From Methanocellales archaeon (lineage in GTDB: Archaea; Halobacteriota; JAWCLZ01), in contig JAWCMA010000013.1 in NCBI GenBank assembly GCA_038850285.1, positions 1-35,234 on the forward strand: a DNA stretch of 35,234 nt. Reading direction: 5' to 3'. The stretch's first letter is position 1. Each line of letters begins with the position of its first letter. Below the pieces are notes generated by a model, which saw nothing but the letters and a program-made list of their open reading frames with translations, searched no databases and had not been told where the DNA came from. Positions 17,983-27,910 of the stretch are shown in pieces. Position numbers and translations under genes: made by a program.

Positions 17983-18667
17983 AAAAGATTGTGGATAGAG
18001 TGGGCAGGGTAATGGTACTGATACGCTGGCCCATTTCTATTGGGAGCTGAAAGGAGGGAAGAGGTTATTGATTACAACTTATATATTGATAATATTGATA
18101 AATATCCTGTGACAAATAGAGATTTCCTTCGTTTTCTGGAAGAAACTGAATTTTCTCCACCTCTATATTGCTACTTCAAAGCAATGGCTGAGCTGAAACC
18201 GAATCATCCTGTTACGAATGTTAATTGGTATTTAGCAAATGCATATTGCTCTTGGGCAGGTAAAGACTGCCTATGAATAAAGAGTGGGAGAAAGCTGCAA
18301 GAGGAGGGGATGGAAGAATTTATCCTTGGGGAAATGAGTTTTCGAAAGATAAATGCAATAGCTTGGAATCGGGATATGATGATACCACTCCAGTGGATAA
18401 ATATCCTGTGGCGTTAGCCCATATGGCTGCTTTGATATGGCTGGCAATGAATTCGAAATGGATTGAGGACTGGAGCGAGAAACCGAGGTTCAGCAGCTTG
18501 CCTAGTGAGAAAATCAATAGAGGTGGTTCCTTCAATCGCCCTAAGGAGCATACCACTTGCAGCTATATTGAGTCCGATCCCCCATATATGGCAATGAGAG
18601 ACTGGGATTCAGATGTGCTTTTTCCTATACTCTCCCCAGAGAATTGAAGGTAAGCTATATAGCTTGA
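17979..18667 (+). pseudogene. Frameshifted FGE-sulfatase (SUMF1/C-type lectin-like fold) domain pseudogene
   Basis: Motifs recovered only by changing frame: MVLI/AGPFLLG, IDKYPVTN, WAGK/(R)LP..EWEKAARG, YP/GVSPYGCFDMAGN.FE/W, RGGSF, /LGFRC. About five frameshifts near 18024, 18264, 18408, 18457 and 18600. Confidence 0.88.
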
Positions 18668-18686
18668 TTTCACAGAATATTATATA

Positions 18687-19202
18687 ATGGACTGGGTTTC
18701 GCATTTATTATTCGCCTTTGCTTTAAGTTCTATTCTAAAAGTGAGCGAGCGGAGTATAGTACTTGTATTAATATCAAGTCTTCTCCCAGATATAGATATG
18801 CTCTGGCAGCATCGCAGTGAGCTTCACGCTCCCCTTATTTTATTGACATTTGCATTTTTAATTAGAATTCAAAATCCAGCTTTTTTCAAGCCAGTTCTAC
18901 TTGGCTTCTGGTCGCATTCACTGTTGGATATTTTTCTATTCGATAACTCAAAGCATACCATTAAAAATCTAGCGAATCAAATCATAGCGAATGAAAGCTT
19001 AGCTCAAAATGTTGAAAATAGCATAATGCAGCTCACCGCTGCTGATGGAATCATGCTTTTCTATCCATTTACCGCTGAGAAGTTCTCAATTGTCTTGAGC
19101 GAGGAAAGCTATGCAATTATTGCTGTGTTCATTGCAGTAATAGCAGTGGCTTTTCTATTTCTATTTAAAAGCCATCTATTCAAATATTTTAAAAAAGCAT
19201 AA
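18687..19202 (+). CDS. Membrane-bound metal-dependent hydrolase (YdjM/DUF457-like)
   Basis: SH...LPDID...HR..H...SHSLLD...GIMLFYPF; hydrophobic. Confidence 0.82.
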   Translation: MDWVSHLLFAFALSSILKVSERSIVLVLISSLLPDIDMLWQHRSELHAPLILLTFAFLIRIQNPAFFKPVLLGFWSHSLLDIFLFDNSKHTIKNLANQIIANESLAQNVENSIMQLTAADGIMLFYPFTAEKFSIVLSEESYAIIAVFIAVIAVAFLFLFKSHLFKYFKKA

Positions 19203-19250
19203 AAGCATAAAAAAGGTATTTATACTAACACTTGAATATATAATTTGGGG

Positions 19251-19601
19251 ATGGTTTGGATGCAGGTTTTGGAAAAATCCTCCAGGAGTGCCAAGCACGA
19301 TTTAGATGCATTCATACAACGTATTGCAAAACTTGAGCAAGGAATCGCTGAATTGAGAAGCGAGATTCAGGAGCAAAAGAAACATCAATATGAACTGGAA
19401 AACAAGATAGCTTGCATTGACCCAGTTCTCAAGCAAACCCTCGCACTTCTAGATCGAATTGAAGAAATTCAGAGCAATTTATGCAAGCTCAGCCTAGAAG
19501 TGGCTCAATTAAGAGGAGATTTAAATGCAGCTTTGAATCAAAAAATAAACATCGCAAGCATAGTCAAAGAAGTCTTGGAGGGAGGAAATGAATTCCAATG
19601 A
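19251..19601 (+). CDS. Coiled-coil protein, ArlC (FlaC)-like
   Basis: Heptad-rich; the C-terminus LEVAQLRGDL...INIASIVKEVL resembles my recollection of Thermococcales FlaC; sits directly before an ArlD/E gene. Start uncertain (19251 or 19260). Confidence 0.55.
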   Translation: MVWMQVLEKSSRSAKHDLDAFIQRIAKLEQGIAELRSEIQEQKKHQYELENKIACIDPVLKQTLALLDRIEEIQSNLCKLSLEVAQLRGDLNAALNQKINIASIVKEVLEGGNEFQ

Positions 19602-20202
19602 ACTAAACATAAAGATATACACTCTTCAGGAGATAAAAGCTAAGGAGGAAAAAATGCAAACTTTAACCCCTGAGCAAATTGAAGCAAAGCTATTAGAACT
19701 GAGGGACAAACTCCCTCCTACTGTTATTACTGAGCTAGAGCAAAATCTAAAAAAGGTTAAGGTAACTGAGGAGCAATTTAAAGAAATAATAGCAAGAGTA
19801 ATGCAAGCCTATACTAGTACTGCATTTGAAAGCGAGCTTGAGAAAATCAATCAAAGGCTGAATGAACTTGACAACTCAGTATCATATTTTGTGAAATACC
19901 TTGAAAATGAATTTCAAAAACCAAGTATTGAAATTGGAAGCGATATAATTAGCACGAGTATTTTGCTCAAGTGGGTGGAATTTCTACTCAGTCGAACTGG
20001 AGAGGAATACCTAGGGGAAGTTCTCAAGACATATGTAGACCTAGGCTGGATCACTGAAGCCTTAAGCAGTAAAATGCAGCTCCTAGCAAGGACTTTACAT
20101 ATACCAACTGAGGCTAAAAATCCCAAGCTTGAAGCCAAAGACCATATTCAAAGTTTGATATTCATAGAGAGACTTAAAGCTGTGAATTTAATCGATCTTT
20201 AA
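19588..20202 (+). CDS. arlD: Archaellum switch protein ArlD/E (FlaD/E) family
   Basis: C-terminal LLKWVEFLL..G...L..Y.DLGWI...KL...DHIQSLIFIERL (Arch_fla_DE signature); N-terminal LPPTVITEL...TEEQFKEII. Confidence 0.8.
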   Translation: MNSNELNIKIYTLQEIKAKEEKMQTLTPEQIEAKLLELRDKLPPTVITELEQNLKKVKVTEEQFKEIIARVMQAYTSTAFESELEKINQRLNELDNSVSYFVKYLENEFQKPSIEIGSDIISTSILLKWVEFLLSRTGEEYLGEVLKTYVDLGWITEALSSKMQLLARTLHIPTEAKNPKLEAKDHIQSLIFIERLKAVNLIDL

Positions 20203-20227
20203 GATCTTTAAGATTTTTAATTTAATC

Positions 20228-21214
<987 letters not shown>

Positions 21215-21219
21215 TTATA

Positions 21220-21366
21220 TTATTTCTTAAATTCAGTATAGCCGCATCTACCGCAGGAAAGTCTATTCTTATGCTCAGCGAGAAAAACGCCCTCCCCGCA
21301 GCGGGGGCATTTCATTCGCTTGCGCTTGATTTTACCACCAGCGATATCATAGTATTTATGGCGCAT
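21220..21366 (-). CDS. rps27ae: 30S ribosomal protein S27ae (eS31)
   Basis: Manual translation [48 protein letters not shown] (48 aa, below the ORF-track cutoff); canonical position after rps24e. Confidence 0.96.
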   Translation of the reverse strand: MRHKYYDIAGGKIKRKRMKCPRCGEGVFLAEHKNRLSCGRCGYTEFKK

Positions 21367-21367
21367 T

Positions 21368-21676
21368 TCACTCCTCCAACTTCGGCTTTACCTCTTCCTT
21401 TTCCTTTTTTCCCCTTTGAATCAAATGCACTGGCTCAATCTGCTTCAATCTCTCCTCAGTTTCATATATATTTGCTCTCCCAGTGGTTTCCCTTTTGCCA
21501 AATTCACTGCGCATATATCTTATCACAATTAACTCTGGCTTTGAGTTCAAAAGCGCTGCTAGCTTAGCTTTAACTTCCTCACGCTTGGGAGTTGGACCTT
21601 GATGTTCTATTTTGAATAAAATCTCCCGCCGCTTTATAAGTTGATTGGTCTTTTCCTCAATGATTTTTATATTCAT
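21368..21676 (-). CDS. rps24e: 30S ribosomal protein S24e
   Basis: [33 protein letters not shown]. Confidence 0.95.
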   Translation of the reverse strand: MNIKIIEEKTNQLIKRREILFKIEHQGPTPKREEVKAKLAALLNSKPELIVIRYMRSEFGKRETTGRANIYETEERLKQIEPVHLIQRGKKEKEEVKPKLEE

Positions 21677-22212
21677 AGCACTCTCTCCATTTTTTCCATT
21701 AATGCTCTAGCAAGTTTCTTTTTTGAATCTGTAACCTTAACTGCAACTATTCCCTCAGACGGCTGCCCATATATTATCACACTTGAGAGCGGTGCAAGTG
21801 CAATTGCTGGTAAAGTAGCTAGATCTTCCTCTCCCTCTATAAATATTCTCACTCGATACTTGGAATTTAAAGCTTCTTTGATTGCAGCGATTAGCTCAGG
21901 TGTAAGTGTGCCAGCTGGATTCGGAGCTCTCACAGTTTTTAAAAAAAACTGCTTGGTATCTTCAATTACCTCTTCGCTAACTCTAGCCCTCAAAGTCTTT
22001 TCATCAACTATTGCTATATCAGGCAGAATTCCTTTTTTAATAGCACTATGGGTAACTACATCGCCCACTGTTATAATTTTCCGCTCATCTTCTCTCTCCA
22101 TATCCATATTTAACTCTGCTTTTAATTTTTCCATGCAGTTAGCGCCGGAGTATAGCTTTCCAAGCGGTTTTTTCAATTTCTCTCTAAGCTCTTGAGGCAG
22201 GAGGAGAGTCAA
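21673..22212 (-). CDS. GTP-dependent dephospho-CoA kinase (DUF359)
   Basis: LKKPLG, TVGDVV, VDEKTLR, NPAGTL, EGEEDLATLP, YGQPSEG. Confidence 0.9.
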   Translation of the reverse strand: MTLLLPQELREKLKKPLGKLYSGANCMEKLKAELNMDMEREDERKIITVGDVVTHSAIKKGILPDIAIVDEKTLRARVSEEVIEDTKQFFLKTVRAPNPAGTLTPELIAAIKEALNSKYRVRIFIEGEEDLATLPAIALAPLSSVIIYGQPSEGIVAVKVTDSKKKLARALMEKMERVL

Positions 22213-22213
22213 C

Positions 22214-22399
22214 CTATCTCACCTTCAATGCATATTTACCAGGAATAGAAATTTTCATTCGCTTAGCAATTTCAGATTTCTGGGGATCAATGATTATTAC
22301 ATACCCAGACCAATCTGTGCTCAGCGAGCTGGAATTGCAAACTGGGCATACCTTTCCCGAGACTATTCTATGGCATTCTCTGCATGCACTCTCAGCCAT
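22214..22399 (-). CDS. spt4: Transcription elongation factor Spt4 (RpoE'')
   Basis: ACRECH...CPVC...STDWSGYVIIIDPQKSEIAK...PGKYALKVR. ATG at 22399. Confidence 0.95.
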   Translation of the reverse strand: MAESACRECHRIVSGKVCPVCNSSSLSTDWSGYVIIIDPQKSEIAKRMKISIPGKYALKVR

Positions 22400-22400
22400 A

Positions 22401-22976
22401 TCATGCCTCCCTCTTAAGAGTCTTTTCCTCAGCCTTTCTCGCTTCCTCAAGCCATTCGATTTTCCCCATTCCAACTTGACGCATGGTTAAGCCTATTTTA
22501 CTATCCCTTGGGTCTCGCTCATTTAAACTAACTGCTACAATTCGCGCGCGAACTCTATCTCCAACTGCTATCGCATGCTTACCTCCTTTTCCCACAAGGC
22601 GTGCGTTCTTCTCATCATATGAAATGAAATCATCTGCAATTTGACTTACGTGTATCAAGCAATCAAGGGGGCCAATGTTAACAAATGATCCAAATTCAAC
22701 TATTTCCACCACCTCGCCTTCCACGATTTCCTGAATTTCAGGTTTATAAACTATTGCTTCGAACTCAGTTTCATAGTAAACAGCTCCATCTCCCGCTATT
22801 ATTCTACCCTCCCCTATTTTAAGTACCTCTGTGATTGCAACAAATACCCCGAGGGTTTTATCAATCGCGCCCTCGAGCTTTTCCTGCAGAGTTTCCTTAA
22901 CAACTGCTTCTACCTCCCCCCCGAGTTTTTCAGGAGGCACTCTCACTATATCCACCAATTTCATCTTTCTATACAT
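22401..22976 (-). CDS. rpoE1: RNA polymerase subunit E' (Rpo7)
   Basis: VRVPP, GDGAVY, S1 domain EGEVVEIVEFGSFV...IHVSQI, SKIGLTMRQ. Confidence 0.96.
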   Translation of the reverse strand: MYRKMKLVDIVRVPPEKLGGEVEAVVKETLQEKLEGAIDKTLGVFVAITEVLKIGEGRIIAGDGAVYYETEFEAIVYKPEIQEIVEGEVVEIVEFGSFVNIGPLDCLIHVSQIADDFISYDEKNARLVGKGGKHAIAVGDRVRARIVAVSLNERDPRDSKIGLTMRQVGMGKIEWLEEARKAEEKTLKREA

Positions 22977-23342
22977 CTAATCACTCTCGATTTTGCTTTT
23001 TCCACGTAAAAACAATGTTTTCACATTTTTGCTACGTAAATTTTTTCTAAGCTGAGCATCATTGGTAAACACTGCAGCGCTATATTGCTTTGCAAGTGAG
23101 GCAATTTCACGGTCAAATTCACCCTTGCTTTCAAGGATCTGGCACTTCTTCGCTAATTCGATGGCAATTGAAGCATGCACTTTTGCTTTCCCCCTTCCCT
23201 TTGTCTTTATCCTTTCAAGCTCTGCTAACACACTGCTTGGCACCATTACTTCATTATACCCAAGGCTCTCTAAATTTGCGAATATATCAACTTTGAATTG
23301 AGCAGGAATCATCAAAGCATTTGTATCCAAAATTACCCTCAC
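22977..23342 (-). CDS. PIN-domain ribonuclease (Fcf1/Utp24-like)
   Basis: [26 protein letters not shown]; conserved position after aIF2g. Confidence 0.9.
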   Translation of the reverse strand: MRVILDTNALMIPAQFKVDIFANLESLGYNEVMVPSSVLAELERIKTKGRGKAKVHASIAIELAKKCQILESKGEFDREIASLAKQYSAAVFTNDAQLRKNLRSKNVKTLFLRGKSKIESD

Positions 23343-24565
23343 TTCTTAAGCACACCCATTCCAATTAAGCGAAATCTTGAGCCAATTCTACGTGAAATCG
23401 CTATTCTTGCCCCGGCTTCTGCGCAGACAGGGCGCTTGAGCTTCACCTCAGCTTCATTTTTCCTCGCGCTAGTTACCATTCCAATTGTAGTGGCTGTGCC
23501 TATGCTGAGCATTAATAGCTCATTGGTTCTAATTGGCTCCACCTTGGCTTCTTCAATTGAACCAACCATTTTCTCAAGTAAATGCACATCCATGGTGAAG
23601 CCATCCCAGACCGGCGGTAAAGTTTGAGGGGCACCTGCTACTTGTCCCACTAAGCCATCGCTTTTAGTTAAATAGGGATCGAGCTTTGTACCTATGCCAA
23701 GCAATCCCCCTGGAGTAGCCTCTTTAACGCCCTGCCCGCCATACATGAGTTTAGTTGCATTTGTCCTAATTGGCACCCAGTTCGTTTTACCTTCATACTC
23801 CACCTTTCTTCCAGGCCGAATTTCTATTTCATCCCTCTGGCGAACTCTCCCTTGACTCAATGTTCCCCCAATAACTCCTCCGACTAGTTTATCTGGAGGT
23901 GTACCGGGTTTATTCACATCGAAGGATCGAGCGATGTTTAGCTGCCAAGGTAAATCTAAATTATGAGTGGGAGTGGGCATGGTTTCTTCCAAGGTTTTAA
24001 TAAGCAGATCTAAATTGACTTTAGTTTGAGCTGAAACTGGAATTATAGGTGCATTCTCAGCAACTGTGCCTTTGACAAAGTTTTTTATTTGCTGGTAGTG
24101 CTTCAATGCTTCTTCCTTTGTTACTAAATCAATCTTATTTTGAACAATAACGATGTTCTTAATTCCAATGATATCAAGCGCCATTAAATGCTCCTTCGTT
24201 TGAGGCTGGGGACAGGGCTCGCTGGCTGCTATAACGAGCACTGCTCCATCCATGAGGGCTGCACCTGAGAGCATGGTTGCCATGAGTGTTTCATGCCCTG
24301 GGGAATCTACAAATGAAACTGTGCGCAGTTCTATGGTGGGCTCGTTATGAACAGGACATTTTTTCTCAGTGGTATAACACTCTGGGTCCTCGCATAAGGG
24401 GCACTTTCTAAAAGTGCAGTCTGCATAGCCTAATCTAATGGATATACCGCGCTTGATTTCTTCGCTATGAGTATCAGTCCAAATGCCAGAGAGCGCGCTA
24501 ACAAGCGTTGTTTTACCGTGGTCTACGTGACCAACTATGCCAATATTCATTACTGGCTGAGACAA
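23339..24565 (-). CDS. eif2g: Translation initiation factor aIF2 gamma
   Basis: [37 protein letters not shown]. True start taken as TTG at 24565, since the longer ORF runs through the tRNA. Confidence 0.96.
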   Translation of the reverse strand: MSQPVMNIGIVGHVDHGKTTLVSALSGIWTDTHSEEIKRGISIRLGYADCTFRKCPLCEDPECYTTEKKCPVHNEPTIELRTVSFVDSPGHETLMATMLSGAALMDGAVLVIAASEPCPQPQTKEHLMALDIIGIKNIVIVQNKIDLVTKEEALKHYQQIKNFVKGTVAENAPIIPVSAQTKVNLDLLIKTLEETMPTPTHNLDLPWQLNIARSFDVNKPGTPPDKLVGGVIGGTLSQGRVRQRDEIEIRPGRKVEYEGKTNWVPIRTNATKLMYGGQGVKEATPGGLLGIGTKLDPYLTKSDGLVGQVAGAPQTLPPVWDGFTMDVHLLEKMVGSIEEAKVEPIRTNELLMLSIGTATTIGMVTSARKNEAEVKLKRPVCAEAGARIAISRRIGSRFRLIGMGVLKK

Positions 24566-24646
24566 AATTACCCCTGCGTTGCGCCATAAATTAATGCTTG
24601 CATAAATAATAAAGTTTTGGATTTCCCTTCCCAGTTCAGCATTAAA

Positions 24647-24721
24647 TGGGCCCAACCGGATTCGAACCGGTGACCACTCGGTTATGAGCCGAGCGCTCTG
24701 ACCTGGCTGAGCTATGGGCCC
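24647..24721 (-). tRNA. tRNA with CAU anticodon, most likely tRNA-Ile2 (agmatidine type); no intron, CCA not encoded
   Basis: GGGCCCATAGCTCAGCCAGGTCAGAGCGCTCGGCTCATAACCGAGTGGTCACCGGTTCGAATCCGGTTGGGCCCA: 7-bp acceptor stem GGGCCCA/TGGGCCC, anticodon arm CTCGG-CTCATAA-CCGAG, T-loop TTCGAAT. Confidence 0.93.
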
Positions 24722-24745
24722 TTGAGTTTTATATTTATATCTTGA

Positions 24746-24753
24746 TTTATAAA
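24746..24753 (-). promoter_or_regulatory. TATA box TTTATAAA for the tRNA
   Basis: 25-32 nt upstream of tRNA G1, with an A-rich BRE-like stretch 5' of it. Confidence 0.6.
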
Positions 24754-24812
24754 GATTTTTAGGTAGAGCTACGAAATAATTTTTATTTACTAGCAGCATC
24801 TATTTGCTTTTA

Positions 24813-25712
24813 ATGAGGGTTGGTGTAATCTACCACGAGGCATTTGGGAGCTATGGTTACCCTGTGCTTAAGAGCCGGGTTAAGCCTTCTTTTGATTATA
24901 TGCGCAGCACAGGGCTGCTGAATAGAAAAAACATTCAAGTTTTTACTCCAGCTGCTGCACCGCTGGAGCTGGTGAGAAAAGTGCACACTGAGCAGCATAT
25001 TAAAATGGTAATTGAAACAAGTTACTGGGATATAGCGCTTTTAAGCGCTGGCAGCGCTGTTTTAGCCACGGAGTTACTTGCTAGAGATAGGATTGATGCT
25101 GCCTTTGCCTATATTGGCACCGCGGGGCACCACGCTAGTAGAGAGGGCTTCTGGGGGTTCTGCTATTTAAATGATATTGCAATTGCCATTGAGAGAGCTC
25201 GAGAGCTGGGTTTAGAGAAGTTTTTGATCATAGATATAGATCCCCATTATGGCGATGGCACGAGAAATATTTTCATAAGTGATTTAAATGTGATGCATAT
25301 CAATTTTTATTCCACAGGTTCAATTGCCTATTTAGATATAGAGCAGGAAGCATTTTCTCCATCTCGCACTATTCAGGAAAATTTTAATTATAAACTCAAT
25401 AAATTCGACATAGGCCTACCTGCTGATACTGAAGATCGACATTTCCTTAGGGAATTAGATCGAGTGCTTGAAATTGAAGATATCAAGCAATTTAACTGCG
25501 CCATTTGCTTCATAGTTTTCGGCCACGATTCCCATAAAGATGACTATGGAGGCCTAGAGCTTACCTCTAATTTTTATCCCGAATTCACTAGGAAAATTAA
25601 GAAATTTATTGAAGATAAAAAAGCAAAGCTATGCTTTGTGTTAAGCGGGGGAGCAAATGTTGAAGTCGCTAAAGCTGCAATTTCAGAGGTTATCCAGGTT
25701 TTAAGTTCTTAG
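24813..25712 (+). CDS. Histone deacetylase/AcuC-fold Zn hydrolase, divergent
   Basis: VHT, AGHHA, GFCYLNDIAIA, IDIDPHYGDGT, GHDSHKDD, LSGGA. ATG at 24813. Confidence 0.87.
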   Translation: MRVGVIYHEAFGSYGYPVLKSRVKPSFDYMRSTGLLNRKNIQVFTPAAAPLELVRKVHTEQHIKMVIETSYWDIALLSAGSAVLATELLARDRIDAAFAYIGTAGHHASREGFWGFCYLNDIAIAIERARELGLEKFLIIDIDPHYGDGTRNIFISDLNVMHINFYSTGSIAYLDIEQEAFSPSRTIQENFNYKLNKFDIGLPADTEDRHFLRELDRVLEIEDIKQFNCAICFIVFGHDSHKDDYGGLELTSNFYPEFTRKIKKFIEDKKAKLCFVLSGGANVEVAKAAISEVIQVLSS

Positions 25713-26557
25713 CTCTTTAGCTCTTTAAAACTCTGAAAAAGATGCCTTATGTCACTTTCACTTAAAATTCGATAGCCTAGTTTTTGAATGTTTTCCACAA
25801 GCCATTTCCTTCTTTCCTTTGACATAGTTTGATCAAGGTAAGCAAAATCAGGCTTTGATTTCTCAAATATTTTTTTCAACATCACAAAATCTAGGTCTTT
25901 CAAGGCATATTCTGGTATCACGTGGGCAAAAGCAACCTCTGTTTCAAAGAGCAATTGACTCTGCCTAGGCGCATAGTGGGAACCTCCGAAGCTAACTCCA
26001 ACTGGTTTGCGCTGAGGAGAGAAGGTGGTAATTGCACTAGCTATTATTTTGCCAATTCTTTGATCATTCCACTCAGCCTCGCTACTGCCAATTTCAACAT
26101 AGAGCGAGGGAATTCGCAGATCAGTTGGCCCGTGATGGGTGCCTTCCATTGTAACTGCAAATTCACTTCCAAATGCCATTTTTTTCAGCAGCAGCAATAT
26201 TGCTTTCAAGGCAAATGGAGCAGGAATGGCTATTTCCCTTGCTCCACCACCGTGCATTGCCTCACCTATGTTACCGGTGAAATGTGCTGTGATTAAAGGC
26301 TTGGGATCGCGAGCTTTATGCATGCTTGCAAATATCAATAATTCAGGGGAGAATCCCTCTCGCTCTATCTTTCGATCTATGCCATCGGCATAAACGTGGT
26401 ATTCCTGAATTTCAATCAAGATATAATTCTCCCGCTCCCAAATATCGCCAGTTTCTCTGCTTCCTAAGAAATGCCATTCTTTAAGCTCCAGCAGATTTGA
26501 TTTTATATTCTGCCCAGCTGGATCACAAGCTGAAATTACTATTGCTATTCCAGCCAT
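25709..26557 (-). CDS. dtdA: D-aminoacyl-tRNA deacylase (archaeal DTD2)
   Basis: DPAGQNI, FASMH, TAHFTGN, EGTHHGPT, VEIGS, GGSHYAP. Confidence 0.93.
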   Translation of the reverse strand: MAGIAIVISACDPAGQNIKSNLLELKEWHFLGSRETGDIWERENYILIEIQEYHVYADGIDRKIEREGFSPELLIFASMHKARDPKPLITAHFTGNIGEAMHGGGAREIAIPAPFALKAILLLLKKMAFGSEFAVTMEGTHHGPTDLRIPSLYVEIGSSEAEWNDQRIGKIIASAITTFSPQRKPVGVSFGGSHYAPRQSQLLFETEVAFAHVIPEYALKDLDFVMLKKIFEKSKPDFAYLDQTMSKERRKWLVENIQKLGYRILSESDIRHLFQSFKELKS

Positions 26558-26632
26558 GTGCTTAAATAAGTGGCGGGATAATATAGATTTTCCCCAGCAA
26601 AATATTTACCAGTGCAAAGGCAAGCAAGTAAT

Positions 26633-27601
26633 ATGGATCCTTTACTCGAGATTGCTCGTAAGATTAAATCCATGGAGATCAGAGGTGCGAGTGTGATCGC
26701 GAGAACAGCTGCTGAAGCACTTGCTCAAAGAGCACTCTCGCTTAAAACTGCTTCTTTTGAGGAATTCAATGAGGAAATGAAGAAAGCAGCTAGAATTTTA
26801 ATTCAAACTAGGCCTACAGCGGTTAGCTTGCCAAATGCAGTTAGATTTGTTATGAACTATAAATCTAGAACTGTGGAGGAAGCTAGAAGGGAGATCGTGA
26901 GTAATGCTGCGCAGTTCATCGAGAGAAGCGAGAAAGCGGTGGAGAGAATAGGTGAAATTGGAGCGCAGAGATTGCGCGATGGAGATGTAATTATGACTCA
27001 CTGCAATTCCACCGCTGCTCTAGCAATAATAATAACTGCTTTTAAACAAGGCAAGCATATAGAGGTAATAGCAACTGAATCTAGACCGCGCTGGCAGGGT
27101 CATTTAACAGCAAAGCAGCTTAATGAAGCTGGCATTCCCACCACGCTCATCGTGGATTCAGCAGTTCGCTATTTCATGAAAGAAGTGGATTTAGTATGCG
27201 TGGGAGCTGATGCAATTGGGGTGAATGGCGCGGTGATAAATAAGATTGGCACCTCTCAGCTTGCCCTAGCGGCTCATGAAGCTAGAGTAAGCGTAATAGT
27301 GGCTGCTGAAACCTATAAATTCAGTCCGAGAACAGTACTTGGCGAGCTAGTTGAAATTGAGGAGAGACCTAGCGAGGAAGTACTAGATCTAGGGATTTTG
27401 GCAAGCTTGAGGAATGTTAAAGTTAGAAATCCAGCTTTCGATGTGACTCCAAAGGAATATGTGGATTTAATTGTAACTGAGGTAGGTGTTTTCCCTCCTG
27501 AACTAGCCTATTTAGTTATTAAGGAATATTTAGGCTGGACAATGGAGGAGATGGAGCTAGATCTAGGGAGGCATAGAAGGAGATTTAATGAAGATCTTTG
27601 A
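26633..27601 (+). CDS. Ribose-1,5-bisphosphate isomerase (eIF2B-like; AMP/RuBisCO pathway)
   Basis: MEIRGA, TRPTAVSLPNA, THCNS, ESRP, VDSAVR, GADAI, NKIGT, NPAFDVTP. ATG at 26633. Confidence 0.9.
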   Translation: MDPLLEIARKIKSMEIRGASVIARTAAEALAQRALSLKTASFEEFNEEMKKAARILIQTRPTAVSLPNAVRFVMNYKSRTVEEARREIVSNAAQFIERSEKAVERIGEIGAQRLRDGDVIMTHCNSTAALAIIITAFKQGKHIEVIATESRPRWQGHLTAKQLNEAGIPTTLIVDSAVRYFMKEVDLVCVGADAIGVNGAVINKIGTSQLALAAHEARVSVIVAAETYKFSPRTVLGELVEIEERPSEEVLDLGILASLRNVKVRNPAFDVTPKEYVDLIVTEVGVFPPELAYLVIKEYLGWTMEEMELDLGRHRRRFNEDL

Positions 27602-27908
27602 ATTTAGATTTCACTATGTGCAATGAAGCACCTGGATCCATGAATATTATATATTTTTCTTCCCGTTCGTAAATTAAAATCTTGTAATTCTTAGCTATGA
27701 TCAAAGTTTGCAGCGATTTGCCAAAGCTAAATGCCTTTGATATCTCGCTTAAAGCTGCATTGATATGAGCTATTTGAGCACTTTCACCCTCGGTTACTCC
27801 CTCTAATACAATGGGAGAGTTAGTTTTATCTATGACTGCAATTCCAAATATACCTGCTAAGCTTTTTAACTCTCTTATGAATTTTCCCCTTTCCTCTTTT
27901 AATTCCAT
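27585..27908 (-). CDS. Small divergent roadblock/longin-like (profilin-fold) protein
   Basis: Pattern helix(FIRELKSLAGI)-GIAVIDK-helix-G-QTLII...KILIY...IIFM-helix matches roadblock topology; starts 2 nt after the polyferredoxin stop. Confidence 0.65.
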   Translation of the reverse strand: MELKEERGKFIRELKSLAGIFGIAVIDKTNSPIVLEGVTEGESAQIAHINAALSEISKAFSFGKSLQTLIIAKNYKILIYEREEKYIIFMDPGASLHIVKSKFKDLH

Positions 27909-27910
27909 AA

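Noticed and set aside
17979-18667. FGE-sulfatase/CLec domain as a diversity-generating retroelement target, or as programmed frameshifting
   Set aside because: No reverse transcriptase and no second near-identical template repeat in the window; five scattered shifts fit decay better.
21240-21330. GC-richer stretch with a hairpin-like CCCCGCAGCGGGG as a possible ncRNA; ORF 21271-21567
   Set aside because: Fully explained by the rps27ae coding sequence on the - strand.
24566-24799. 78-aa N-terminal extension of aIF2-gamma in the ORF track
   Set aside because: It reads through the tRNA gene and its promoter; homology begins at SQPVMNIG.
24640-25712. tRNA as an integration site for a mobile element
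   Set aside because: No duplicated tRNA 3' end and no integrase; the flanks are housekeeping genes.
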